Shown here: one piece after another, positions 18,710-29,165 of the stretch
How the letters are laid out: every line of letters starts with the position of its first letter
Numbering within the stretch: the stretch's first letter is position 1
Source: Calditrichales bacterium
GTDB taxonomy: Bacteria; Calditrichota; Calditrichia; Calditrichales; J004
Direction of reading: 5' to 3'
NCBI GenBank assembly: GCA_965267575.1
Contig: OZ254086.1
Span: 4,192,001 to 4,256,000, forward strand
DNA length: 64,000 bases
The notes under the pieces: model-generated
Databases searched by the model: none
What the model saw: the letters and a program-made list of their open reading frames with translations, nothing else
What the model was told of the DNA's origin: nothing
Position numbers and translations under genes: made by a program

Positions 18710-19302
18710 TCTTCTTCACTCAAAAACATGGTTATACCCAAACGCAGAGCCGGGCCGTAAAGCGGAATATTTTCGGGACCGGCATCTGTGCTGGCTATGT
18801 TAATGACCAGTTCGCCGAATGCATCAAAGCCCTCAAACCAGCTGTAACGTGCGCCAAAACTGAGTGAGGGATGAAGTGTTTCGCCTACATAATTATTCTG
18901 AAATCTCGCTTTTCCCGTTACCGATAGCAGGTTTATTCCGATACCCGCGTAAAGGCGCCATAAAGATTGTCGCCTCCACTCCAGCAGGACGTCCAGGCCA
19001 AAGCTGCTTAACTCATAATCCGAATCACCAAAGCCCGGAACCGTGGCCTTATGATCGCTGAAGCTGGTATTATAGCGCAAATGAAAAGCATAACCGGGGG
19101 CAGACCACACGTCATGTCGCAGAAATAGACCGTAGCCCAGCCCACCGTCCAGGCGAATATTTGATTTTTCAGATTCGCTGACGCCGGGATAGTTAAACGC
19201 GCCATGACCACCCAAACCTACCTGGGCCGGTGCAATGATCGGCAATAACAGAGTTGCCATAAAAAAAATTTTAATCAAGCTGAAAGGGAGATTTCGGATC
19301 AT
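18706..19302 (-). CDS. Small outer-membrane beta-barrel protein
   Basis: Signal-peptide-like N-terminus; alternating beta-strand pattern rich in Gly/aromatics (LYAGIG); start uncertain. Confidence 0.6.
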   Translation of the reverse strand: MIRNLPFSLIKIFFMATLLLPIIAPAQVGLGGHGAFNYPGVSESEKSNIRLDGGLGYGLFLRHDVWSAPGYAFHLRYNTSFSDHKATVPGFGDSDYELSSFGLDVLLEWRRQSLWRLYAGIGINLLSVTGKARFQNNYVGETLHPSLSFGARYSWFEGFDAFGELVINIASTDAGPENIPLYGPALRLGITMFLSEEE

Positions 19303-19747
19303 CTTCGTGGCGAATTTCGTCTACGGGTTCTTTTTTGTTTTTACCGGCAAATAATTGATTGGGCACGTTTACTACCCAGCCTTTTTCACCACCAACGTTC
19401 TTATAGGCATGCACAACCCCCGGCGGGATAACAACCGAGCAGGGATTGTCCTGTCCCACGAAGGCGGTCATTCTTTTGCCATAGCTGGCGCTCTGTTCGC
19501 GCGCATCCCACAAATATAACTTAAAGTTAGAAGGCCCAATAAATACAAAATAATCTGTCTGTTGTTCATGCTCGTGCGGCCCGCGCGCCACGCCCGGCAT
19601 GGTCATGCTGATATAGCCCATCACCGGGTAAATGCGCTCATCAATTTCGTCGTGGCGAAAGAACTCGGTCAGCCAGCCGCGATCATCCATATATTTTTTA
19701 AGGCTTTTGATCTCAACATCGTGGATTTTGCCTTTTTCGTAAAACAT
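19271..19747 (-). CDS. dTDP-4-dehydrorhamnose 3,5-epimerase-family (RmlC-like cupin) protein
   Basis: DDRGWLTEFF, PGVARGPHEH, IPPGVVHAY. Confidence 0.88.
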   Translation of the reverse strand: MFYEKGKIHDVEIKSLKKYMDDRGWLTEFFRHDEIDERIYPVMGYISMTMPGVARGPHEHEQQTDYFVFIGPSNFKLYLWDAREQSASYGKRMTAFVGQDNPCSVVIPPGVVHAYKNVGGEKGWVVNVPNQLFAGKNKKEPVDEIRHEDDPKSPFQLD

Positions 19748-19758
19748 CGTTCTTGTCC

Positions 19759-20325
19759 TTATTCGTTAAGTCGGTAATAGATGCTTTCTATCTGCGTGTA
19801 TGAGGGAAAATTTATGGCAATCGAATAGGCCGCCACCACCGCATAAATAATAAAAGATTCCAGATTGCCCGTCAGGATAAAATAAACAAACCCGGAAATG
19901 ACGATCAAATCGGCCAGCGCCCAGGTGAGCATGTAATAGCGGCGGAAAATGATCAACGCTTTGGCCAGATCACTATTTTCTTCGCCCAGTTGCTGTATCA
20001 GATCCTGTACGTCACCGGCCACATTTAGCTCCTTCTTCCCCGCCCTTTCAATTATTTTGGCAGGAGCCAGGTAGGTCCGCTTCACGTAGATGATGGCCAC
20101 TGCACAAATAATCACGATAAACATGGCAATTCGGTCAGCGAGAAACGCATCGACCACACTTTGACCGCTGATCCCCACAAAGGCCATGATCAACCCGATT
20201 ACAATCAACACCAAAGCGCCGCCGGCTACCGCATACCACATAATGCGATTTACACGATGCACCGCGCGCAGCTTGCTTAGTATTTCCTGTTCACTATTCA
20301 ATGTAGATACTCCCCTGCCCCGCAA
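19759..20325 (-). CDS. Hypothetical membrane protein (about four TM helices)
   Basis: Hydrophobic segments; fills the gap in a co-oriented run; real start probably slightly downstream of 20325. Confidence 0.65.
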   Translation of the reverse strand: MRGRGVSTLNSEQEILSKLRAVHRVNRIMWYAVAGGALVLIVIGLIMAFVGISGQSVVDAFLADRIAMFIVIICAVAIIYVKRTYLAPAKIIERAGKKELNVAGDVQDLIQQLGEENSDLAKALIIFRRYYMLTWALADLIVISGFVYFILTGNLESFIIYAVVAAYSIAINFPSYTQIESIYYRLNE

Positions 20326-21697
20326 TAGCCGGCAGTTCTTTTTTACGGTTTAACAACGTCTCTTTGTCGGGGGCAAAAAGCGGACTGATCTCAACCTCGA
20401 CGGCGGGATCACCCTGCTCATTAACGGGGATATCGAGACCGGCTTCACGCAGCCAGGAAGCATGCAGGCGCAGTAAATCGCGGCGAACGGTGTCAGGGCT
20501 GTCGACGCCGCTGTCGTTTTTTAACGCGCTGAACTCTTCTTCACGAAGCACTTCGATGGTGGCGCTGTGCCGGCAATGTTTCAAAGCATCAAAAATAAAT
20601 GTTTCAAATTTGTAAGCGTTTTTGCCTTTCGGGTTGTGCGGGCGTCCCGAACAATCCACATAAGGCACGTTTTTCTCGGCAATATGATAGGGAAGCCGGA
20701 AACCGAAAGCGTTCTCCTGCTCTATAAAATTTACACTGATCATATGCGTGGCGATGGAACCGGCCCAGTATTTGAGCTCTCCGCGGGCATCCGTGGCAAA
20801 CATGTCCTCTCTTTTCAGGTCGCTGTACTCCATTAGCCCGGTCTGGCCGTCCAGCTCGCAAATAACACCCATTTTTTCCTCAGGGTAAGCTTTGCGTACT
20901 ACTTTGTTGGACATGTCCGCGTCAGCATCCAAATGATAACCGATAAAGGCCGGATCACAAATATAGGTAAGCACGTTATCCACCTGGAAATAAAAAAGCT
21001 GCTCAATTCCTCTGCCGCGCATGTCCTCGAGCGCTCCGCTGTCCCAAATGGCTTTAAGCGCGCCGCCATGACCATTCGGGCTCATAAAGATGCGGTCCCT
21101 GCTCTCAAGCAGAATTTTTCCATCCTTGTCTACTGCCGGTAACATATCCTGTTTGAAAAACATGATGTCGCTTTTCTTCAGACCAAAAAAATTATTCTTC
21201 CTAAAAAAATCGATGGTGTCTTTATGATTGGATTGGCTGGTCATAATATACCAGGGTATCGATACACCGTAGTGCCTATTGGCAGCCACGATCTTCTCGG
21301 CGTGCACCTGGAACAGTGATTTTTTCTTTACCGGCGTAACACGGAAAATCCCTTTAGGCCCTTCAAAGCCAAGGCGTGATCCCTGACCGCCGGCCACCAG
21401 AAAAGCAGCTACTTTACCGGCCGCCAGAAGCTGCTCTCCTTTCGCTTGCATTGCGGCGTCTTTTTTGTTCCGAGCGGCCATACTCAGTACGTCGCCGGGT
21501 TTCATTTTCGCTTTATGCGCCTTTTCCCCATGCGAGATCAGAGCTTTCTTAATAAGCTCTTCGAGCAGTTCAAAATCGGTAGAATTAATCTGATTAATAA
21601 ATGCTTTTTTTTGCTCGTCCGAATATTCGTCCCAAAAACAAAGCAGGTGCTCCTGCCCGTACCTGTGCAGTTTTTTTTCCAGGGTCGTTTTGTCCAT
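20294..21697 (-). CDS. UDPGP type 1 family nucleotidyltransferase (UDP-N-acetylhexosamine pyrophosphorylase-like)
   Basis: AGGQGSRLG...PKG, PNGHGG, VDN, EYSD, KFETFIFD, EFSALKN. Confidence 0.9.
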   Translation of the reverse strand: MDKTTLEKKLHRYGQEHLLCFWDEYSDEQKKAFINQINSTDFELLEELIKKALISHGEKAHKAKMKPGDVLSMAARNKKDAAMQAKGEQLLAAGKVAAFLVAGGQGSRLGFEGPKGIFRVTPVKKKSLFQVHAEKIVAANRHYGVSIPWYIMTSQSNHKDTIDFFRKNNFFGLKKSDIMFFKQDMLPAVDKDGKILLESRDRIFMSPNGHGGALKAIWDSGALEDMRGRGIEQLFYFQVDNVLTYICDPAFIGYHLDADADMSNKVVRKAYPEEKMGVICELDGQTGLMEYSDLKREDMFATDARGELKYWAGSIATHMISVNFIEQENAFGFRLPYHIAEKNVPYVDCSGRPHNPKGKNAYKFETFIFDALKHCRHSATIEVLREEEFSALKNDSGVDSPDTVRRDLLRLHASWLREAGLDIPVNEQGDPAVEVEISPLFAPDKETLLNRKKELPAIAGQGSIYIE

Positions 21698-21781
21698 ATG
21701 CCTTTCGATTTTTTTAATGCAGGTGCAAATGTAAATTTTTTAGCAATCCCATGAAAATAATATTGGGGGATGCTGGCGTGA

Positions 21782-23980
21782 TTATACGTCGATATCCATC
21801 ACAACAAGGGTGAGATCGTCTTCGAAGCTGTCCGAACCGGTGTATTTCTTTAAATCATCAACAATACATCCGAGATATTCATCGGGTTTTTGCGCGGCAT
21901 ATTTTTTGAGGTTTTCCTTAACTTTCTCTTCACCATACTGGCGTTCTTTTTTATCGATTGCCTCCGGCAGACCGTCCGTATAGATCAACAACCTATAGCG
22001 GCCATTGAACTCGAATTGTTTTTTCTCATAGGTGATCGTATCCATCACGCCAAGCAGAAACCCTTCGGAATCGAGGCTAATCACCTCGCCGCTGCTATAA
22101 TGATACAGTAACGGCAACGGATGTGCGGCATTGCTGTATATCAGCCGTTTTGTGTGGGTATCGATGATCGCGTAAAAGGCAGTAAAGAAATCGCCCATTT
22201 GCAGCACGTTGCAAAAATCCTTGTTCAGTTTGCTGAAAACGCTTGCCGGGTCGAGGTCTGTGGGCGCGTATTTGCCCAGCGTCATTTTAAACATCGCCGA
22301 CAGCATGGCCGAGGCGACGCCATGCCCGGAAGCATCGGCAACCATAACGCCGATATAGCGCTCATCGATGGGAAACACGTCGTAATAATCACCGCCCAGC
22401 TGGCTGGAAGGTGAGAAGGAAGCGCTGAACGTATAATTTTTATGCTCGGGCAGGCGCGAAGGCAGCAGGCTTTTTTGAAAATCTCCGGCCTTTTTCAGGT
22501 CCTGGATCATTTTCTCGTTTTGCTTAACAATGATCTCCTGCTGCGACTCGATATTGGTCAACGCTTCCTTAAGCTCGCTGGCCTGCTTCTCCAAAAGCTG
22601 GTTCTGGGAAGTGATCCGTTCCATCAACTCGATGCGCTCAAAGGCAATAGCGAGGTATTCGGCAATGGCCTCAAGCATAAAAATATCCGCGTCATCCAGC
22701 TCCATTTTTACGGAATTTTCGATCGTAAAAAGGCCAAAGATGCGTTTTTTGACCTTTATGGGCAGAGCATAAACCGACTGTGGGTCCTTAGTCAGGCCCT
22801 CCTCAAAATGCGGAGATTTGCGAACTTCCGCGAAGAGTGCCGCTTCACCGCTTTTAAAGACATGACCAATCAGGTCAAGCCCCGGTTCAAATTCCGCCCC
22901 TATCGGGTATTCATCCAAAACGTACTTCGATGCCAGGCCATGCGTGTAGCGCAAAACCAACTTGTCTTTGCTTTTAGAGTAGAGAAAAAAGGAGACCTGG
23001 GCCGATTCAAAAAACGTTTTTACCAGGCCGGAACCAATGAATTCCAGAAGCTGTTTCACTTCCCTGCTTACAGCTACAATCTTGCCGATCTCATTGATCG
23101 TTTGCACCTGCAGGTAACGTTTTTCCAGCAGCCGGTCGCTTTTGGCCTTTTCAGTTATATCATAAAAGCTTTCTATCCCGCCGATGATCTCATTCTCCGG
23201 GTTGCGCAGAATATTGGCGTTGCGGCTAATAATCCGGATGCGCTGTTTGCGCGTTAAAATCTGGCTGACGACATTTTGCCGCGGTTGACCGATGGAGCCG
23301 TCTTTGTGGCTGATAAGATGGTTATCAAAAACAAAAATGTCTTTGAGGGCGCTGCCGATTGTTTCGCCGGCCGGATGGCCCGTTATCTTGGTGGCCTCAT
23401 CATTCCAGGAGGTAATGATGCCGTCACGGTCATAGGTGACCGTAGCGTTGGGCGAGTTTTGTATGATGGTTTCCAGGAATTCCTTGTTATGCCGGACTTC
23501 CTTAAACAGCACCTCGAGTTGCATGGTGTAGGCACGCAATTCGTTTTTCAGACGCATGTGTTCTTCGGCCTTGCGCACAGCCAGCAAAAGCACTTCCATA
23601 TCAACCGGCTTCTGCAGGAAATCCGTGGCATTTTGCTTAAGCGCCATCACCGCGGCATTCATGTCACCGTGGCCGGTCAGAACGATCGTCTCGGTCTGGT
23701 TGTCATTTTCACGGATGATTTTAAGCAGATCCAGCCCGCTCATGCCGGGCATATAAATATCCAGAATGATGATACCCGGCTTAAGCGACTTGTAAACCTC
23801 CAGCGCTTCGGTAGCATCACCGGCCGTATAGACATTATAATTTTCGGAACTGAGAAAACTGCGGATCGTCTCGCGGATGGACTCTTCATCGTCCACAACA
23901 AGGACCGTGCTCTGAAGATCGCCGTTATTATTTGTATTGAGGGTTTTTACGTCCTGTTCAAAAAGCTCTAACCAGCCCAT
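21782..23980 (-). CDS. REC-PAS-GAF-SpoIIE (PP2C/RsbU-like) phosphatase
   Basis: REC (VVDDE, LDIYMP), PAS (WN..A..ITG), GAF, PP2C motifs GGDYYD, ADASGHG, YTDG, DDLT. Confidence 0.92.
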   Translation of the reverse strand: MGWLELFEQDVKTLNTNNNGDLQSTVLVVDDEESIRETIRSFLSSENYNVYTAGDATEALEVYKSLKPGIIILDIYMPGMSGLDLLKIIRENDNQTETIVLTGHGDMNAAVMALKQNATDFLQKPVDMEVLLLAVRKAEEHMRLKNELRAYTMQLEVLFKEVRHNKEFLETIIQNSPNATVTYDRDGIITSWNDEATKITGHPAGETIGSALKDIFVFDNHLISHKDGSIGQPRQNVVSQILTRKQRIRIISRNANILRNPENEIIGGIESFYDITEKAKSDRLLEKRYLQVQTINEIGKIVAVSREVKQLLEFIGSGLVKTFFESAQVSFFLYSKSKDKLVLRYTHGLASKYVLDEYPIGAEFEPGLDLIGHVFKSGEAALFAEVRKSPHFEEGLTKDPQSVYALPIKVKKRIFGLFTIENSVKMELDDADIFMLEAIAEYLAIAFERIELMERITSQNQLLEKQASELKEALTNIESQQEIIVKQNEKMIQDLKKAGDFQKSLLPSRLPEHKNYTFSASFSPSSQLGGDYYDVFPIDERYIGVMVADASGHGVASAMLSAMFKMTLGKYAPTDLDPASVFSKLNKDFCNVLQMGDFFTAFYAIIDTHTKRLIYSNAAHPLPLLYHYSSGEVISLDSEGFLLGVMDTITYEKKQFEFNGRYRLLIYTDGLPEAIDKKERQYGEEKVKENLKKYAAQKPDEYLGCIVDDLKKYTGSDSFEDDLTLVVMDIDV

Positions 23981-24077
23981 TCCTGCTCTGCTAAATTTAT
24001 CATTTTGATATTGGATAAATCGGCGGGATTGTATGGCGCTTGACCTTTAGCAGCCATTTTGCACAGAAGCAACAGGC

Positions 24078-24836
24078 CTAATACTTAACCGGCTTGGGCT
24101 GGACGGGGCCTTCCGTTTCAGCATTGATAAACTGTTTGACAACCTCGTTGCTGGTAGTGTGCATATCGTGAACGCTGCCGGAAAAGATAATACGGCCATG
24201 ATGCAGCATAACAACGCGGTCGGCAACTTTTGCCACACTCTGCATATCATGGGTAACAACAATGGAGGTAACATTCAGCTTTTCGGATAGTTCGATGATC
24301 AGTTTGTCAATATAGGCTGCCATAATAGGGTCAAGACCTGTGGTCGGTTCGTCATAAAGAATATATTTAGGTTCCAGGATGATCGCCCGGGCCAGGCCAA
24401 CCCTTTTGCGCATACCGCCTGAAAGTTCAGAAGGCCTGAGGTCTTCAATACCGGGCAAACCGACCATCTCCAGCTTTTCAGCCACGGCGCGGGCCATATC
24501 TTTGGGCGACATATCGGTATGTTCAACCAGCGGCAGACTGATATTTTCCGCAACCGACATGCTGTCAAACAACGCCGCGCTTTGGAACAAAAAACCAAAC
24601 TGCCGTCTCAGTCTGAAAAGGTCTTGTTGCGCCACGCGCTTTATGGCAATATCGTCAACAAGAATATAGCCGTCATCCGGATAAAGGAGGTTTAAAATAA
24701 GCTTCAGCAGTACGCTTTTTCCGCAGCCGCTGCGGCCAATGATAACAAGCTTTTCACCGTCGTAGATCTCCAGATCCACGCCCCGCAAAACCACCTTGCT
24801 GTCAAAATATTTTTTTATGTTGCTGATCGTTATCAT
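24078..24836 (-). CDS. mlaF: MlaF-like ABC transporter ATPase
   Basis: GRSGCGKS, FQSAALFDSM, LSGGMRKRVGLARA, YDEPTTGLDP. Confidence 0.88.
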   Translation of the reverse strand: MITISNIKKYFDSKVVLRGVDLEIYDGEKLVIIGRSGCGKSVLLKLILNLLYPDDGYILVDDIAIKRVAQQDLFRLRRQFGFLFQSAALFDSMSVAENISLPLVEHTDMSPKDMARAVAEKLEMVGLPGIEDLRPSELSGGMRKRVGLARAIILEPKYILYDEPTTGLDPIMAAYIDKLIIELSEKLNVTSIVVTHDMQSVAKVADRVVMLHHGRIIFSGSVHDMHTTSNEVVKQFINAETEGPVQPKPVKY

Positions 24837-24841
24837 GTCAT

Positions 24842-25612
24842 TTAGAAAATGATGACTGAAAGGATATAGTCGTTTAAAAGGATCATCGCGGACGACAAGA
24901 CAAAGGCACGGATGGTTGATTTGCCGACTCCTTCCGCGCCGCCACTTGTTTCAAAGCCCACATAACACCCTATGATCGCCGTAATGCCGCCAAAAAAGAA
25001 CGCTTTGATCAAACCGCTCATAACATTCAAAATAGAAAAAAAGTCCTGAACGCTGCCAAAAAAAGTCTCGGCGGCCAGCCCCAGATTTAGCCATGCTACC
25101 CCGTAGGCACCCAATATCCCGACAAAATCGGCAAAAATGGTCAGCATGGGAATCATTATAAAACCGCTGAAAATGCGCGGCATCGCCAGGTAACGCACGG
25201 GATCTATCGCCAGGGCGTTAAGGGCGTCGATCTGCTCAGTCACTTTCATTGTGCCGATCTCGGCCGCAATGGAAGCACCAACCCGACCGGCAATAACCAG
25301 CGCCGTTAATACCGGCCCCAGCTCAATGAAAATAGCCACGCTGGTAGCGGCGCCAAGATAGTTGTAGGAAATGTAGCCTTTAAGCTGATAGGCCGTTTGA
25401 ACCGAAGCCACGGCCCCGGCAAAAATACCGACAAACAGAACAAGGGGGATTGAGTTTACACCTATTTCGAGCATCTGCTCGAAAACCAGCCTGCGGTTGG
25501 CCCAAATTACACGGAGATATTTCGCAGCCTGCCATACCAAAATGAAAACGCGGCCGGTTTCTTCAACAAAATTGATTGTCTTTCTGCCGACCGCCGTTAT
25601 CAGGTAGGTCAT
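24842..25612 (-). CDS. mlaE: MlaE-like ABC permease
   Basis: ELGPVLTALVIAGRVG..IAAEIGTMKVTEQIDAL. Confidence 0.92.
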   Translation of the reverse strand: MTYLITAVGRKTINFVEETGRVFILVWQAAKYLRVIWANRRLVFEQMLEIGVNSIPLVLFVGIFAGAVASVQTAYQLKGYISYNYLGAATSVAIFIELGPVLTALVIAGRVGASIAAEIGTMKVTEQIDALNALAIDPVRYLAMPRIFSGFIMIPMLTIFADFVGILGAYGVAWLNLGLAAETFFGSVQDFFSILNVMSGLIKAFFFGGITAIIGCYVGFETSGGAEGVGKSTIRAFVLSSAMILLNDYILSVIIF

Positions 25613-25630
25613 GAAGCCTCGGATTTTGTA

Positions 25631-28600
25631 CTAGAAATCGATTCCTATAGAAAAATAGTGTCTGGCTCTGCTTGAATTCTGAAAGTCATATTGCCAGGCC
25701 AAGTCGTATTTTAATAAAAATCCGAATAAAAAGATACGGGCACCGGTACCATAACCCATAAAAATATCCTCTGTCCGGCCGTCACGAACGCCGCGAAAAC
25801 CACTGTTATCGTCCCAGGCACTACCGATGTCCGTAAAAGCCACACCAATAATATTTCCAAAGCGAATAGGTGGAAGCCCCAGCTCCATGTAGGGGATCAA
25901 AGGAAAACGAAATTCCGCGTTAACGAGGCTGAAGCGGGTGCCTATCTGCTCATAAAAACGGGCGCCGCGCAGAGGGGTTACAAACTCCGAGAAGTAAACC
26001 TCCTCGATGGAATCGAGACGTCTTTCCAGGCCACCGTTAAAGCGTCGGTTCAGCCAGTTCTCCGTTCCGCCAAGAAAAAACTGCTGCGGTTGGGCGCCAA
26101 GACTTATACCGCCCGTATAGCGGAAAGCCAATCGGTAATTTTGCGCCAACTTAACATACTTACGCAGATCTGTTTTTACCGTTGTAAACTCAAAACTGCT
26201 TTCGGTGTACTTTGGACTGGCCGTAATGCTCAGCGCGCCACGGAAGCCGTCACCCGGACCGGTGTACCACCATTCTGCGGTGTCGTGAACAAGCTGCAGG
26301 CTGGGCAATAATCCGGAGACTTTTGTGCGTCCCTGATATCCTTCCGGCGTACCGCTCAGAAATTCCAACTGCGCATTTACAAAATTCAAAGAGAAGTCTG
26401 CCCTCGTAAATTTGTTAAACGGCCGCGATGCGATAAACGAAGCCCCATAATTACGGAAGCGTGTTACACCGGTACTTCGCGTCACATACGTGTTGGCAAA
26501 GTGATAAGCATTAACGCCATAATCGATACGCTTAGGCAGGTACCAGTATTGCGCGGCGATATAGCTGTTGCGCAAATCAAATACAAGATTGGTTCCCAAG
26601 TAGATCCTGTGATTACCCAAAACGTCACTGTATGCTATTTGCGTAAAGCCCTGAAAGCCCCACAATGTATTATATTGCGCCTGACCATTTACAATATCCG
26701 GCGAAAATTTAACTCTGTAATTGCGGACTTTATAATTGCCGTCATCGCGCTTGTAATCTTCTTCATCGAGCGTAATGTCTTCAGGCTTTTTTTGCGTTCT
26801 TCTGTCCAGATCGGCAAAAACATAATTGCTGAAATCAGTGGTCTTTGGAATGGCCACCTTTTCTTTCAGCGTATCCTGAACGGTTTCTTCTTCGGCCAGC
26901 TCATTTACCGTGCTCAGCAAGCTGCTTTTGTCCTCCAGCTTTTTAAAGTAGACTGTGTTTTCCAATTCCTGCGCCGGCATTTCAAAAGGATTTTTCACCA
27001 TAAAAACATCCCAGCCACCTTCGCTAAAAGAAGAAAAGGCGAGAGTCTGGCCGGATTTATCAATGGAGAGCTGGAAAGCACCGGTTAACAAGTTAGAAAT
27101 AGGATAGCTTTCTGCGCTTTTCAGGTCATGAACATAAATATTATAGATACCGTTTCTGTCGCTTACGTAGAGCATCTTATTACCGTCGGGCGAAAAGACG
27201 GGGTCCGTTTCATTGAAGTTTTCAGTGTCGGTTACGCGCGTAATTTCACCCGTTTCAACATCGGCAAAGTAGATGTCGTGGTTCAGATACTGGTGCGTCG
27301 ATATTTTAAAATCTTCGGGCACTTCTTCCATGGACAGGTATTGCCCGCGATCCGATACAAATGCTATCTTTTTCCCATCCTGGGACCAGGCCGGGTAACT
27401 GTCTGAAAACATGTCATCTGTCAGCCTTTGCAATTCTTCCGTGCGTACATCATATATATATACATCGCTTGCGCCGTTGATATTGCCGATAAAGGCAATC
27501 TGTTCACCAGCGGGCGACCATGCAGCAGAAAAGATTCCATCCAGACCAAACTTGAATTGCTTCGTTTCTTCCGTAAATACATCATAGACGTACAATGCGT
27601 CCTGATCGCCGGCCTTGGCCGAAAGAGCGATACGTGTCGCATCGGGGGACCAGCCCATGCCGGGACTTAGCCAGTGCAGCTCCTCAAAATCAACATCCGT
27701 CTCACCCTGTATTATTTTTTCGGGCTCTTTGGGATTCAGCACGTCCATAACATAAATGCTTTGCTTACCGCCCATGTTTGAGAGAAAGGCCAGTTTATCG
27801 CCGCTTGGTGAAAGTGCCGGGCTTATGTTTAGAAAACTGCGTGTTTCCTTATGATCGGTCAGCGCCCGCGCGAAGTCACCGGTCTCCTGGCGGTCCGCAA
27901 TATCGGGCCAGTACTCCTTGCGCATTTCCTTACGCCAGTTTTCGGAAAGCTCTTCCAGGTCAATGCCCAGGGCCGATTTAAATGCGGAATCAAAACGGAA
28001 ACTTCCTTTGATTTTATGAAGGATCTCACCAATCTTTTCGTTGCCGTACTTTTCTGCTATATAACGGAAAAGGCTGGCGCCGCCCTGATAAGCGAGGTAA
28101 TAATTCAGAAGGGGAATTGAAGGGAGATAGCCGGTAATGGTAGCATCTCGAACGACCATATCAAGCTTTGTATCCCAGCGTAAAGAGAGGTATTCTGCCA
28201 GACCTTCGGAAAACCACAGGGGCACGGGAGCCACCTGGCCTGAAACGAGCGACTGAATCGAGCCGCCGTAAAGCATATCGTTCATAACTGCGTGTACGAG
28301 TTCGTGATGGATTACATGACGAAACTGCTCCCATGATCCTTCAAAAGGCACTACGACACGGTTTTTGAACAATTCGGTTACGCCGCCAATACCTTCGCTC
28401 AGATAAACGTTAACAACGTTTGTTTGCTGAAAATCGTTATGTGATTTATAGAGAATAATGGACACGCGTTCAGCAAGTTCATAGTTGAAATCACGCTTAA
28501 GAAGCTTATAGGCATCTTCCCCGACATTTGCGGCAAAAACAGCTATGTCATATGAACCGGGATAAAAATAAATATCAAAATGTTCGGTTTGCAGAAAATG

Positions 28601-28714
28601 CCAGTCAAACTCTTTATACTGAACCTTGTTTTGCCCAAAGCCTTGCGCGAAAAGCGGCAATGCGCACAAGAGCGAACTCAATACAATAAATTTTATGGCA
28701 AAACGTCTAAACAT
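25631..28714 (-). CDS. Peptidase-MA / PD40 (TolB-like) / Omp85 (BamA/TamA-like) barrel fusion protein
   Basis: Signal peptide; FGQNKVQY; HELVH and WFSEGLAEY gluzincin motifs; WSPDG-type repeats; PLRG, NAEFRFP and terminal FSIGIDF. Confidence 0.85.
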   Translation of the reverse strand: MFRRFAIKFIVLSSLLCALPLFAQGFGQNKVQYKEFDWHFLQTEHFDIYFYPGSYDIAVFAANVGEDAYKLLKRDFNYELAERVSIILYKSHNDFQQTNVVNVYLSEGIGGVTELFKNRVVVPFEGSWEQFRHVIHHELVHAVMNDMLYGGSIQSLVSGQVAPVPLWFSEGLAEYLSLRWDTKLDMVVRDATITGYLPSIPLLNYYLAYQGGASLFRYIAEKYGNEKIGEILHKIKGSFRFDSAFKSALGIDLEELSENWRKEMRKEYWPDIADRQETGDFARALTDHKETRSFLNISPALSPSGDKLAFLSNMGGKQSIYVMDVLNPKEPEKIIQGETDVDFEELHWLSPGMGWSPDATRIALSAKAGDQDALYVYDVFTEETKQFKFGLDGIFSAAWSPAGEQIAFIGNINGASDVYIYDVRTEELQRLTDDMFSDSYPAWSQDGKKIAFVSDRGQYLSMEEVPEDFKISTHQYLNHDIYFADVETGEITRVTDTENFNETDPVFSPDGNKMLYVSDRNGIYNIYVHDLKSAESYPISNLLTGAFQLSIDKSGQTLAFSSFSEGGWDVFMVKNPFEMPAQELENTVYFKKLEDKSSLLSTVNELAEEETVQDTLKEKVAIPKTTDFSNYVFADLDRRTQKKPEDITLDEEDYKRDDGNYKVRNYRVKFSPDIVNGQAQYNTLWGFQGFTQIAYSDVLGNHRIYLGTNLVFDLRNSYIAAQYWYLPKRIDYGVNAYHFANTYVTRSTGVTRFRNYGASFIASRPFNKFTRADFSLNFVNAQLEFLSGTPEGYQGRTKVSGLLPSLQLVHDTAEWWYTGPGDGFRGALSITASPKYTESSFEFTTVKTDLRKYVKLAQNYRLAFRYTGGISLGAQPQQFFLGGTENWLNRRFNGGLERRLDSIEEVYFSEFVTPLRGARFYEQIGTRFSLVNAEFRFPLIPYMELGLPPIRFGNIIGVAFTDIGSAWDDNSGFRGVRDGRTEDIFMGYGTGARIFLFGFLLKYDLAWQYDFQNSSRARHYFSIGIDF

Positions 28715-28799
28715 TGCTTACCTCCGAAATGGGCTCTAACTTTACGGTAGTTAAAACAGTTTAATTACCTTTTTATCCGTGAAAGTTATACATTTTAAA

Positions 28800-29165
28800 A
28801 TGAAATGTTACAAATATTTAACCACAGGCTTTTTTGTCTTCGTAGCTTGTACCTTTTTATGGCTTAGTTGTTCAAACGAACAACGCCCGGCAAACCAATC
28901 ATCGCCGATTGAACGCGAAAAACACGTGGCTTTACTGACGAAAATCATTACAATCTCCAATACGTCACAAAGCGACAGTGCTAAAGCGGCTATGATCAGT
29001 CATCTTCTGGACAGCAGTTCTGTTTCCATAGAACAACTCCAAAATGCGCGGTCGCATTTCCGCGAGGATAGCGAATATTGGCTTTCAGTTTACAAGGAAG
29101 TTCAGGATCGTCTTAAAAATAAAAACAGCAAGCAAAAACAGGACGAAAAAGCAGCGGCCGATTAG
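28800..29165 (+). CDS. Hypothetical lipoprotein
   Basis: Lipobox-like LWLSC after hydrophobic stretch; helical body. Confidence 0.6.
   Translation: MKCYKYLTTGFFVFVACTFLWLSCSNEQRPANQSSPIEREKHVALLTKIITISNTSQSDSAKAAMISHLLDSSSVSIEQLQNARSHFREDSEYWLSVYKEVQDRLKNKNSKQKQDEKAAAD

Noticed and set aside
22442..23971. Long plus-strand ORFs (271 and 231 aa), and similar ones at 37225-38010, 39686-40555, 52208-52966 and 54494-55213
   Set aside because: Antisense shadows of well-supported genes, with no recognisable motifs.
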